Below, piece after piece: positions 18,535-29,300 of a DNA stretch of 64,000 nt (position 1 is its first letter; every line of letters begins with the position of its first letter). The notes under the pieces were generated by a model. It made no database searches. It had not been told where the DNA came from and worked only from the letters and a program-made list of their open reading frames with translations. Both the position numbers and the translations under genes were made by a program. The DNA is from a virus, in the IMG/VR virus record IMGVR_UViG_3300036406_000522, positions 3,866 through 67,865 of that record; one strand, 5' to 3'.

Positions 18535-19161
18535 ATGCCAACCAAGCGCTGCAAACTGTGTAAGAAGGACAAGAGTTTTAGTGAATTCAGAAGAGCAGGA
18601 GAGACTGGCACCAGCAAAGACGAGGCGCGCTACTATACCGTCTTCTGCAATAAGTGCACTATCAGACTATCACAATGGAAACGACCAATAGATGGGTTGT
18701 GGCTATGTAAAGGCTGCAATCGCATATTACCAATTGATAAGTTTGTTAGTCAGTCGCACTGTTATGATTGCAGGAAAAGTAGCGGTGCTCTTGCCAGAAA
18801 GGTAGCGTACACTAAGATGCGAAGAGTGAAAAAGCCAGTAGCATCTCGTGATGAACAACGTAGATTAATGAAGAGGTATAACGAAACCCTTCATGACACC
18901 TATATCAAGATATTTCTATCGAACAAGTTTAAAATACCATTCAGAGACATGTCGCCAGAATTAATAGCCGCACAACGTGAGATCTTGAGACTGCAAAGAG
19001 CTATCGCAGTAAAGATGTGTGTCAAGCCTGCAACCATTGGTGTGTGGTCCTCTCTGCTCAGACGAGGTAGAACACCAAAATATGATATCAAGCATAAGGT
19101 ATCATTTAATTCCCTCAAAAATCTTGAGGATAACCTGTTCAAAATGATAGGAGTCGAATGA
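18535..19161 (+). CDS. basic protein with four CxxC pairs (Zn-finger, probably DNA-binding)
   Basis: CKLC, CNKC, CKGC, CYDC. Confidence 0.65.
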   Translation: MPTKRCKLCKKDKSFSEFRRAGETGTSKDEARYYTVFCNKCTIRLSQWKRPIDGLWLCKGCNRILPIDKFVSQSHCYDCRKSSGALARKVAYTKMRRVKKPVASRDEQRRLMKRYNETLHDTYIKIFLSNKFKIPFRDMSPELIAAQREILRLQRAIAVKMCVKPATIGVWSSLLRRGRTPKYDIKHKVSFNSLKNLEDNLFKMIGVE

Positions 19162-20506
19162 TGGCTAAGCAAGTGACGTTGGTAGTAGACGGTCTGTTCG
19201 CCCATACAATGGGTGTTCTTAAAGGTCGTATTAATCCGGTGCACGCTCTCGCAGCTGCTGCTATGGTAGACACGATGGTTCGCGCATCTGCAGAGGAGTC
19301 GAAGCACCAACGTTATCAGAAGAAGGTACCGAGAGTTAAGTTCTTCGATACAAACATCACAGAGCAGACAGCCGCACAAGCTGTGCAAGAGGTCGTCGAA
19401 CAAGAGGTTGAGACCCGAAAGGCGAAGGCATTGGCACGTAAGCTACTGAAAGTCGAATTGGAGACTAAGATGACAAAACCTGTCACGAATGCCTCAAGAA
19501 AAGTTATCACTAAGCGTAAGACCAATACAAAGGAGAAGTAAGCATGGCTGAATGTAAAGCAGCAGGTCGTCACAAGCGTTCGCCCGCAATGGCGACCTAC
19601 CGTAATGGCAATCGTGCCGACGTCAATAAGACGAAGAAGATGAAGCGTCACAAGCTCAAGATGGAGCGCCGCGCCAGTCATCTGACGAAGCGTTTCAATG
19701 AGCAGAAGCCGCAACGTGGTGATGCACGCCATTATCGTCGTGTTGGCATAAAGCCGCAAATCCCGATTGACCAGCAGGTTGTTGCATACCAACCGTCCAG
19801 GCCGCGTGAACATACCAGGATCCAGCGTAACAACATCAATCTGCATCAGGTTGGATTGGGTCGCGTAGCGTGAGTAGTCCTCGAAAGAGAGCCTCAAGGT
19901 TAAAAGCAGAACAAGCGCTGGAGACCTTGAGGCAGAAACTCATTCTTGCTGAAACGCAGTGTAACCTCTGGAGGACAGGCGCTGAGCTAATAGATGCACA
20001 GCTTAAGCAGCTCACCATCGAGGCTACAGCATTGCGTGATGAAGTAAAACAACTGAAGGGGAGGATAATTGGATGACAAGCGCAAAGACAATCAGGCCTG
20101 ACGATTGGATAACCCCACGGCCACTATGGAACGCTACTACAGGTAACAAGGGGCAGCACTTCGCAGAGAAGGTTCGTGTGTGGGATGTAGATCGACACGC
20201 TGTATGCGACACGGGAGTGCTACTCGAGGTTATGACACTCGATGGTTCCATGCGAAGGATGTCAGCTGCATGGTTCATGGACAAAGACGGTAAGGTATTT
20301 CATTATTAATGAATCTCACTCCAGAACTAAAAGCTAAGATCGACGAATTGGACTACGAGTCGTTACTCCGAAAGTGGCGATTCGCTGTCTGTGGAGCTGA
20401 ACTCTTCCAGGGAGCATCGGGAGAGTACTTCAAGCAACGCATGATTGAACTCAGGGATAAACATCCTGAGCCACATGTTGTATCAAAACGAGTAGGCTGG
20501 AATTAA
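19158..20506 (+). CDS. hypothetical ORFs (19158-19541; 19544-19873 very basic; 19870-20076; 20073-20309; 20309-20506)
   Basis: Coupled ORFs with RBS. Confidence 0.6.
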
Positions 20507-20523
20507 CCCTTAGGAGTAAGTGT

Positions 20524-20655
20524 ATGAAGAAGTACTTCATCATCCTTGCAGTGCTATTATCAGGCTGCGCAACAATCGATTCAATCTTCGGGCCACCTGT
20601 TGAAGGCCGTGAAGCTTACTGCAAGAAGTGGCCAGATGATCGGACATGTAAGTGA
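20524..20655 (+). CDS. 43-aa lipoprotein (not in the ORF track)
   Basis: AGGAG RBS; MKKYFIILAVLLSG/C lipobox; C-x3-P-x4-C. Confidence 0.7.
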   Translation: MKKYFIILAVLLSGCATIDSIFGPPVEGREAYCKKWPDDRTCK

Positions 20656-20813
20656 AATACTTGCTGGTGGTAGTGTTTCTACTATCAGGATGTGCATCAC
20701 AACCGTCAATTCTTACAGGCTCAGGTGTAGAAATGCCTGCACCAGCTCAATGGCAGAAGCTTTGCAACGACCGGCCTGAACTCGAGATATGTAAACCTGA
20801 GGTCGCCAAATGA
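20652..20813 (+). CDS. 53-aa lipoprotein (not in the ORF track)
   Basis: GTGA overlap; MKYLLVVVFLLSG/C lipobox; C-x3-P-x4-C. Confidence 0.7.
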   Translation: MKYLLVVVFLLSGCASQPSILTGSGVEMPAPAQWQKLCNDRPELEICKPEVAK

Positions 20814-21169
20814 AGTTCAGCGAACTAAAGGCAGTCAACAGTGAATTCAATCAATACACTTATGAAACAGAAATAGGTGATGACTGGACGCCAATTGACC
20901 TGACTCTCGACAAGGAAGATGATTGTGATAGTTATGCAACAGCCAAGGCTGAACGTCTCATCAAGATGGGTTGGTCTAAGTCTGCTCTCCGTATCGGCTT
21001 CTGTCGTACCGAAACAGGTGGTGGCCATCTAGTACTCCTGGTTGACTTCGAAGGTCAGACATACGTACTGGACAACCGCTTCGCACTACCAATGGAGTAT
21101 CAGTTGTTATCTTACACCTGGATTGGCTTTGGCCATATCGATACAGGTAAGTGGGAAATGGCAAAGTGA
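20810..21169 (+). CDS. transglutaminase-like cysteine protease (BTLCP/LapG, Peptidase_C93-like)
   Basis: L.AVN..FN, DWTP, DCDSYATAK (Cys), GHLVLLV (His), YVLDNR (Asp). Confidence 0.8.
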   Translation: MKFSELKAVNSEFNQYTYETEIGDDWTPIDLTLDKEDDCDSYATAKAERLIKMGWSKSALRIGFCRTETGGGHLVLLVDFEGQTYVLDNRFALPMEYQLLSYTWIGFGHIDTGKWEMAK

Positions 21170-21176
21170 TCTCTAT

Positions 21177-21244
21177 GAGACCCTATTCGGTGCCTTCGGG
21201 TGCTGGATAGGGTCTCTCCCCTTTTTTTTTTTTTTTTTTTTTTT
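21177..21244 (+). terminator. strong terminator: 18-bp stem, cUUCGg loop, T24 tract
   Basis: GAGACCCTAT..ATAGGGTCTC, then TCCC and 24 T (21221-44). Confidence 0.8.
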
Positions 21245-21326
21245 GTGCTCAGGTTACAAGACACTTGCATCGAACAAAGTCTATGAACCTTTTTCTGTAA
21301 CGAGGGTACCGCAAATCAAGCGGGGA

Positions 21327-21365
21327 ACTGTTAACTTATCCCCCATTCGCCTCCCCCCTTTATTA
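21327..21365 (+). promoter_or_regulatory. putative late promoter/regulatory site, motif B copy 1
   Basis: ACTGTTAACTTATCC-N3/4-TTCGCC-N-CCCCCCTTTATTA repeated at 51089. Confidence 0.65.
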
Positions 21366-21398
21366 CCTTACAGCTGCTAAGGGAGATGTCCCTAGCCT

Positions 21399-21480
21399 GT
21401 ACATAGGGGTGAACATAGAGATGTACACAGAGGTGAACATAAGGGTGTACAATAGGATGTCGCTAAGGTGACATAGGGGT
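21399..21480 (+). repeat. seven imperfect 11-12-bp tandem repeats
   Basis: GTACATAGGGGT GAACATAGAGAT GTACACAGAGGT GAACATAAGGGT GTACAATAGGAT GTCGCTAAGGT GACATAGGGGT. Confidence 0.8.
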
Positions 21481-21714
21481 GAGACTAATTATGATTGTAT
21501 CATTATAGATAGAGATATAAGGAAGTAACATAGAGAGGTACATTAAGGTGGCGAATGATCTGAAACAATTGAAATGCTCAAAGGATGTGGCATTGAGCGT
21601 GGGCATCTCAATTCTCTCAGGGGAAGTTGTAGGTAGAACGAGGGAGTGCAGTTATAGGAAGCACATGAAAGTGCCTGATACAGATGGGCTAACAAAACGC
21701 GAAAGGTATGCAGC

Positions 21715-22224
21715 ATGTCCGATATTCCGGAGAAAGTACCAGCTGGTCTGGCTCTGTCTGTGTCAATGGAAGAGCCACAACAACCAGCTTGGAAGGGTGG
21801 CAGCAAGAGTGGCAGTAGACACACAAAGCTTGCCTATAGTAAGGAGAGTATTCGTAAGCTGGAGAAGATCGGGTTTGATCCCCTTCTAGAGATGGTGTCA
21901 CTGTACAGGCGAGTGCGTAGCCAGATTGACAGGCAGGAGTTACTGCAAGAAGCACAAGACATCGCACGTGAGAATAAATTAGAGGGCCAGGTGAAGAACG
22001 GTTATTCTTCTATGGCGCTTGAAGGCTTTATGAATACCGCAAGCAAAGTGCTCTCCGACATGATACCTTACCGTTACGCTAAAGTGCCAGTGGAAGAGGC
22101 CGAGAAAGATGGAGCACCGCCACCGCTCATCATTGAGACAACTAAAGAAGGTGAGATGTTCATCATAGACCCATTGAACGAGTCTACGTATGCACAGGAG
22201 GAGGACTTCCGAAATGGCGATTAA
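21715..22224 (+). CDS. probable terminase small subunit
   Basis: Immediately upstream of terL; GFDPLLEMV...L.PYRYAK pattern. Confidence 0.6.
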   Translation: MSDIPEKVPAGLALSVSMEEPQQPAWKGGSKSGSRHTKLAYSKESIRKLEKIGFDPLLEMVSLYRRVRSQIDRQELLQEAQDIARENKLEGQVKNGYSSMALEGFMNTASKVLSDMIPYRYAKVPVEEAEKDGAPPPLIIETTKEGEMFIIDPLNESTYAQEEDFRNGD

Positions 22225-23548
22225 GCTGCATGCCACACAATCATTAGTGTACGAGGACTTATTCGTCAGGAAGGTGTGCAGGCATGCTGTAGCAGTCGCT
22301 TGTCGAGGATGGGGTAAATCCCATAAGGCAGCTGTGGCATCTATCTCTGCTGTATGGGAGTTGATGTCATTGCCTAAGTGGGTGCCCAATAAGAATGTTG
22401 CAATCATTGCGCCTACATATTCACAGGTAACTGACATTTACTTCCCATTGCTGATGTATCAACTCGGTATGGAGAAGTATGTTGTTAAGCACAGCAAGCC
22501 TGATGGCCGATTGTGGTTTCCAGGTAATGTCGAATTGAAGCTCATATCCTTTGAAGCAGTAGAACGCTTACGGGGTACTGGGCTTTACTTTGCTGTGAAT
22601 GATGAGCCTTCTTCATGGACAAAAGGTATTGGCTTTAAAGATGCATGGGAGAGTGTTATCGAGCCTTGTATCTCTACACGCTGGTCACCTAAACGTGCTG
22701 CTATTTATAATGCCCCTAGCCCAGGACGATCACTGACGATTGGTACACCTAAGGGATATAACTATCTCTATGACATGTACAATTTCCAAGAGGGTGACAA
22801 GCTATGGAAGTCCTATCACTTTGACTACACACAGTCACCACTACTAGACCCAGAGGAGGTCGAGCGTATTAGACATCGCGTCGATCCATTGTTCTTTAAT
22901 CGCGAATACCTTGCATCATTCGAGGATTCAGGTAATAGGATATTCTATTGCTTCAAGCGCAAAGAGCACGTGACTGACCAGATGGAGCCTTTGAAGGAGA
23001 ACGAAGATGTACATGTCGCGTTGGACTTTAACGTTGGCATTATGGCTGCTAGCATATGGGTTGTACGAGGCAACAAGGCGTTTTGTTTGCGTGAGTTTAA
23101 GGGACATCCTGATACGCAAACGTTCTGCGACGTACTACTAGAACTCTACAAAAAGAAAGGGCATCGTGTCATCATATATCCCGACCCTTCAGGTAACAGT
23201 CGCAAGACTTCTGCCCCTGTCGGAGTTACTGATTTCTCTATTCTGCGTAGCTGCGGTTTCACTGTACTAGCACATCAAGCTGCACCTAAGATTGTTGATA
23301 GTGTCAATGCTGTTAATAAGCACTTCAAGACTGCCGCTGGCGAGATCAATGCATATGTACATCCTTCGTGTAAGGGTGTTATTGACTCTCTAGAGAAGAC
23401 AGTCTGGGTAGATAACAATCCTGATACTGCAACAATTGATAAGTCAGAAGGTGTTGAACATTTCTCGGACGGTATACGTTACTTCTTTGAGTTCCGATTC
23501 CCTGTCCGCCCTGGTAATATTGTATCTGCGAGAGGATTTGCATTTTGA
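22214..23548 (+). CDS. terL: terminase large subunit
   Basis: Walker A RGWGKS, Walker B VNDE, IGTPKG, RNase H-like LDFN, YPDPSG, HFSDGIRY. Confidence 0.95.
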   Translation: MAIKLHATQSLVYEDLFVRKVCRHAVAVACRGWGKSHKAAVASISAVWELMSLPKWVPNKNVAIIAPTYSQVTDIYFPLLMYQLGMEKYVVKHSKPDGRLWFPGNVELKLISFEAVERLRGTGLYFAVNDEPSSWTKGIGFKDAWESVIEPCISTRWSPKRAAIYNAPSPGRSLTIGTPKGYNYLYDMYNFQEGDKLWKSYHFDYTQSPLLDPEEVERIRHRVDPLFFNREYLASFEDSGNRIFYCFKRKEHVTDQMEPLKENEDVHVALDFNVGIMAASIWVVRGNKAFCLREFKGHPDTQTFCDVLLELYKKKGHRVIIYPDPSGNSRKTSAPVGVTDFSILRSCGFTVLAHQAAPKIVDSVNAVNKHFKTAAGEINAYVHPSCKGVIDSLEKTVWVDNNPDTATIDKSEGVEHFSDGIRYFFEFRFPVRPGNIVSARGFAF

Positions 23549-24697
23549 TTAACAAACCTATGGAAGTGCTATTGGCACATCCGGAATACAAGACAGTGGA
23601 ATACATTGTCTCGCCTGATTATGTCATTCGTTGTACACGTCGTTTCAAGCGTGTGAAGCTGCGTGGCAAGGAGCTTTATCATGAGGACATCCTTGTGTCA
23701 ATGGGACAGCCTAACTACTTAGCCCGTCCTTTTATCAAGGCGTGTCAGAAGGCAGGTGAACCCTTCCCGATCAAGAGGCTGCGTACTAAGTTGTTCCCGA
23801 AAAAGAAGGCAAAGAAATGAACGAGAGCCTTCGCGACAAGATATGGCGTACTTGGTATTACTTCAAGCGTGACCTCGCTGAGTTTCCTAACTCGTTCTAT
23901 TCGTGGTTAGCATGGAAGTTGCCACGAGGTCTTGTATACTTCTGTGCAGTGCGTGTGTTCGCTCATGGCACAACAGGTGATTACAGCAAGACGCCTGCTG
24001 ACAAGCTTACTGTAACAGGTGCATTACGCAGGTGGGCTGAATGATTCTCTCTGCAGACCCTAGTAATCCGTACTATACACCTGACTATTTCGAGTACATC
24101 GTACGTTTCAATGGCGTGCCAATATCACACTGCATAACAGCAGACACAGATAAGGGCATTGCTATTGTCTATGATACGAACGAAGATGGTAATGTGATTG
24201 TAGCATTCGGCAGACCCCGTACTAAACAACTCAATGGTCATATCATGATCATTCGTAAAGATGGTAAACCTTCCCGTTACTCACACTGAAAGAAACAAAT
24301 GAAAATTCAAGTAGACAAGCACGATGTAGCAGCTGTAGCTGATGATGTCAAGATTACTATGACACTGCAAACCACTGAGGGCGAAGTTACTGTCACCTCT
24401 CCTGATGCTGCAGCAGGCACACCTGAGATCGCTACCGAAGAGATCAAGGCTGCCCAACAAGCTGAAGTACAGCGACAGGCCGAAGAAGCTGCTCATACCA
24501 TGGCTCTACTCGCTGGTGCACCGCAACGTGTGATCGTTCCTCTTGTTGGTGTCAGCATGAACAGCCTCGAGATGATTCCAAGCAATTGGACAATCCTTCC
24601 AGCTGATGGCGACAACATCGAGGCATACAACAATGCCACAGGACGTCGTTTCGTTGGCACGCACGTGGACTTCAAACAGATTCTTCGAGGTAAATAA
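23545..24697 (+). CDS. four hypothetical ORFs between terL and portal (23545-23820; 23817-24044; 24041-24289; 24299-24697)
   Basis: Coupled ORFs. Confidence 0.6.
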
Positions 24698-26271
24698 TGT
24701 CGACCGTACCTACCGCCCAACCACTGAAAGGTGTAGGTGAGCCTTGCGCTGCATATGAGAGTGTTGAAGAGTTATGGGAACGTAGCAGGGCTGTTTGTGG
24801 CGGCGAGAGGTACGTTAAAGCTGCTGATAATTACCTGGACGTTTTGACTTACTCGAACATGCTCATCCCGTTCTCACCGAACATGACACCTGAGCAGTAT
24901 GCCTTCTATAAGGCAGAAGCAGAGTTACCTGGTATTGTTTCTCAGTTCTCGAAGTTCGTTGTAGGTGGATTGCTACGTAAGCAGCCACACCTGGAGATGC
25001 CTAAGGGTGCTCCAGAAGAGGCTAAGCAATGGATACTCGATGACTTCGGTCAAGACTCTTCGCCACTCTCTGCGTTCCTTGATGTGGCACTTTGGGAAGA
25101 GATTCAGACGAGTCGTGCTTGGGTATATGTCGATTACCCTAATGTTCCTAACGCTGATAACCTCACGAAGGAAGAACAACTCGCATACAAGCCTTACCCT
25201 ATCTTGTGGAAGGCTGAGTCTGTCATCAATTGGAAGGTATCAACTGACGTCGTCAAAGGCACACAATCGCTCTCTATGGTGATTGTGAAGGGCTACGAAG
25301 AGGACTTCTCGAAGAACGAATTCCATGCTGAAATACTTGACACTCTGTGGGTACATGAGATCGTAGAAGGAAAGTACCAGATACGTAAGTTCCAGCATCG
25401 TGTTCCGACACAGACTGAGACTACACAAGGACAGACGAAGGTAGGCACAGGTCAGGGCAAGAAGTATGAGCTTGTCGAGACTATCGCTAATTTCCTTGTG
25501 GCAGGTAAGCCTCTGGACTTCATTCCAGCATGGCCTTTGAATGGCTCTATCGATGTCACCGAGCCTGTCATCATGGCGCTGGTTGATAAGGAAGTCAATC
25601 TGTACAACAAGCTTAGTCGTCGTAACCATCTGCTGTATGGTGCTGCTACGTATACACCTGTGTTGTCTACTAACGTTAGCGACGAGACGTTCCAAGCAAT
25701 TGTTGACGGTGGACTAGGCTCCTGGATTCGCCTTATGCAAGGTGATACAGCCTCGATCCTTGACACACCTACTGATGCTCTTAAGGACATGGAAGCCGCC
25801 ATCGCATCCGGAATCGAAGAGATGGCACGTATGGGAATACGTATGTTGTCACCTGAGAATGTTCAATCAGGTGTAGCATTAGAGATTCGCAATGCTGCTC
25901 AGGCTGCTCAATTAGGGACGCTCAACACGAAGGTCTCTAATGTGATGGCTGATGTTATTTGCTTTATGGTGAACTGGCGTTATGGTACAGCGTTTAAGTC
26001 CAATGAATTCGACTTCTCGCTTAGCGCTGACTTCAATCCTGCACCGCTTGGTGATGCATGGCTACGCCTCATTACTGAATGGTATAAGGAAGGCCTCATT
26101 CCGCGTACAACGTGGTTGGAAATCCTTAAGCACAATGACATTATTCCGCCTGACTACAACGATGAAGACGCTAAGGTTGAGATTACAGCTGATGACTTCC
26201 TGATGCCAAAGGAGCCGAAACAAGGCACGACTAAACCCTTGGAAGACGGCGTAATCGGTAAAGCAGAGTAA
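24697..26271 (+). CDS. portal protein (DUF4055-like)
   Basis: 524 aa after terminase; Y..YK.EAE, VDYP, AESVINW, QSGVAL blocks. Confidence 0.85.
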   Translation: MSTVPTAQPLKGVGEPCAAYESVEELWERSRAVCGGERYVKAADNYLDVLTYSNMLIPFSPNMTPEQYAFYKAEAELPGIVSQFSKFVVGGLLRKQPHLEMPKGAPEEAKQWILDDFGQDSSPLSAFLDVALWEEIQTSRAWVYVDYPNVPNADNLTKEEQLAYKPYPILWKAESVINWKVSTDVVKGTQSLSMVIVKGYEEDFSKNEFHAEILDTLWVHEIVEGKYQIRKFQHRVPTQTETTQGQTKVGTGQGKKYELVETIANFLVAGKPLDFIPAWPLNGSIDVTEPVIMALVDKEVNLYNKLSRRNHLLYGAATYTPVLSTNVSDETFQAIVDGGLGSWIRLMQGDTASILDTPTDALKDMEAAIASGIEEMARMGIRMLSPENVQSGVALEIRNAAQAAQLGTLNTKVSNVMADVICFMVNWRYGTAFKSNEFDFSLSADFNPAPLGDAWLRLITEWYKEGLIPRTTWLEILKHNDIIPPDYNDEDAKVEITADDFLMPKEPKQGTTKPLEDGVIGKAE

Positions 26272-26337
26272 CATTTCAGGGTGTCTACTACAGTGGGCAC
26301 TCTGGAGTTCTTATTCAATAACAACAAGAGGAGTTTC

Positions 26338-29300
26338 ATGAGCACTAATGCCAACACAGCCATCTACGATAAGCTTGTAGATCGCGCTGCTATGTTACGT
26401 CTATATGAGGAGCGTGTTGCCGGTAAGGTTACCACGATAATAGACGGGCACAAGGTTCGCATTATTGACATCATACTCGCTAACAAGGCGAAGATGACGC
26501 CTAAGATGCGGGAAGAGATAGACATACAGTTGCGCAAGACGTATGGTAACGCTTTCAATACAAGCTCTAAGTCGCTAATGGATTTGGTTAACGATCAGTT
26601 ATCCTACACATACCAGAAGATGGATAATGTGGTGGGTAAGATCTGGCGTACAGCCAAGCCTAATTATCGCATCTCAGAAGACATTGTGCTTAAACGCCCA
26701 TTGTATAATGATGTGACACTGATGGGTGGCTGGACGAGTGTTAGCATTGCAGAGCGCAAACGTCTCGAATCACTTATACGACGTGGTATCGCAGAGGGGC
26801 TAGATGAAAAAGCAATCGCATTGTCTGTTAGGGATGGTAATGTGTTCACCATATCTAAGCAGCAATCTATTGGCCTCGTCCGTACTGCTATTACGTCTGT
26901 TCGTTCACAAACAGATCATGAGGTGTACAAGGCAAATGAAAAGATTCTCACTGGCTGGCAGTATGTCGCTGTTCTGGACTCTCGTACGACGCCACTCTGT
27001 CAGCATCGTGACGGTACTGTGTATCCTATCAGTGATACTGCACATCTTCCTCCTGCTCACTGGTACTGCCGAAGTACTACCATCCCAATAACCAAGTCGT
27101 ATGACCAGCTTGGTGAACTCGAGGGTGTAGCACAGATACGTAAACGTAACTTGGAAGGGTTGACGCAGAAACAGATCGCCTTCTATGATGGACAAACTCC
27201 GTTAAAGGAGAGTTACAGCGAATGGTTACAGAGGCAGCCTACTGATGTTCAGCTAAGGCATCTTGGTGATAATACTCGACTAGAGTTATTTCGTAGTGGT
27301 CAACTAACCGTAGACAAGTTTACAACACCTGCTGGTAATTCTGTCGGCATCAATGAGCTACGTAGAATGACAGATGATGGCTACGGTATTGGTAATACGA
27401 AGAAATTCGCCATTGCTAAAGAGCAGCTAGACCGTCTTAAGCTAGGCGCAGCTAGGCCTGAAGAGCTAATAGACTCTCCTGATATGGTGGCTGCATTACG
27501 CAACTACTATATGCTGCAAGCCAAAGACCTTGATGGTAATCTGTCATTGACAAACTACCGAGGCAATCTGCTGCACACAAAGAAGGCTACTAAGGCGCGT
27601 GTATTGAACAGCCCTCCTACAGAGGAACAGTTATTGTTCAATCCATTAACAGGACGTTATGATGACAGCAGGATATTTCAACCGAATCAGGCTGTCTTAA
27701 AGAATAACCTCAGGTTAGTCGAAGACTCTGTTAGCTTAAAGAGAGCTGACAAGGATTTTATCAAGAAGTTTGTGGATGATCTAGATGGACATCTAGGTGC
27801 TAACGAACGAGCTGTTATAACTGACAACCTACGTATCGTGTTCACACGCTTCCGTGATAATAAGGAGCCATGGACGAATCTTAAGGCCGTTCTCAATGGT
27901 CAGATCAAGTTCGACATAATGAACGTTTCTGATTACATCGAGACACAGCTACGTCGTGACCAGAATTTCCTTCTCAAGCTGAAACAAGACATGTACATCG
28001 ATCCTGTCCTAGGGCCGGTGCAGCTACAAGACCTGCATGATAACTTCATAGCTAACATCAGGGCAAAGAACAAGTGGGAGGATAGTGTAGCACCGAAGAT
28101 CGCAAGAGAACTGCGCAACATCTTCGACTACAAGATTCCTTACAAGATCAGAACACGATTGAAAGAAGATGGAGACCATCAGTTAGACCAGTTCTACCTA
28201 CGATTTGCCAATAGATTAGCAATGGCAGATAGCCCTGATAGAGACCAACTCGCTGTTGCGCTAGGTCGTGATTTATACAATGCAGCAAACTATCGAGGCA
28301 ATAGGAAAGAATGGTGGCTCCTTGGTAACAAATTACTGGACAACGCTAAGGCTAAGGGTTTCTACGAGCTTGAAACGCGTGGTGTCCAAAAGAGACGAAT
28401 GCGAAGCCGCAATTTTGGGAAGTATTTCGGTCCTGCTTACGATACTAATTCTGTTGTGGTCGTCGTTCATGATCCTCGTATTCTTGAATACGCAAAGCTA
28501 ACTCGTAAGGTTGATGTAGGTCTGCGTGTGAGCGCAACTACAGAGCACAACAGGTTGCGAATCAGAGAGGGTTACAAGACGTACTTCACAGATGAAGGAC
28601 TATTCGGGTACTACGATACTCGCATCCCTATAATCTCTGAGTCGTCATTCAAGGACTTCCCTGAGAAGCTAATCGACAAGGACATGACGTCTGCACTAAA
28701 TTGGGCAGCTCAAACGAAATACAAGGTTGATCCTGACTTTCACGACTTCATTGACAAGTTACTTCACTTTACTGACGACAAGGGACGGGCTAAGTACTAC
28801 AGCGAGGTGAATCACTATCGCGAGTATATGAGTGGCCGTGGAGACGCGTATGAGAGATTCAAAGCAATGTCATGGCTTAGGGCTAAGGATAGTTCTTTTA
28901 GCAATCATCCTTTTCTCGACCATCGTGCACGTATCTATGAGAGAGGCTTCATCGGCCCACAGGCGGGTGAAAGCTTTAGGCCGTTCCTTAATAGTGCTGT
29001 ATCGAAAAAGTTTAATGAGCAAGGATACCTGAACCTTCAGGACCAGATTGGTGGCTTTATTGGTGGCCTCTCTGATAATCTAGAAGGAAAGTACAACGCA
29101 CTGTCTGTACTAGGTAGGCAAGAGATAGCTAAGAAACATAGACCAGAAATGGTCAAGATAGGTTATCACATGCTACGTGGTAAGCCTGCTGACATCCGCG
29201 CTGTCCTGGATTCGAAGTTCGTCCAAGAGATAGATGGCGAGGATTTAGGTAAGGCACTGCGTCTGTCGCTCGAAATGGCTAAGATAGATCGCTTCCTAGA

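Noticed and set aside
21042-21380. ORF containing poly-Phe
   Set aside because: Translation through the terminator and T24 tract
21399-21480. CRISPR array
   Set aside because: Short degenerate tandem units without spacers; no cas genes
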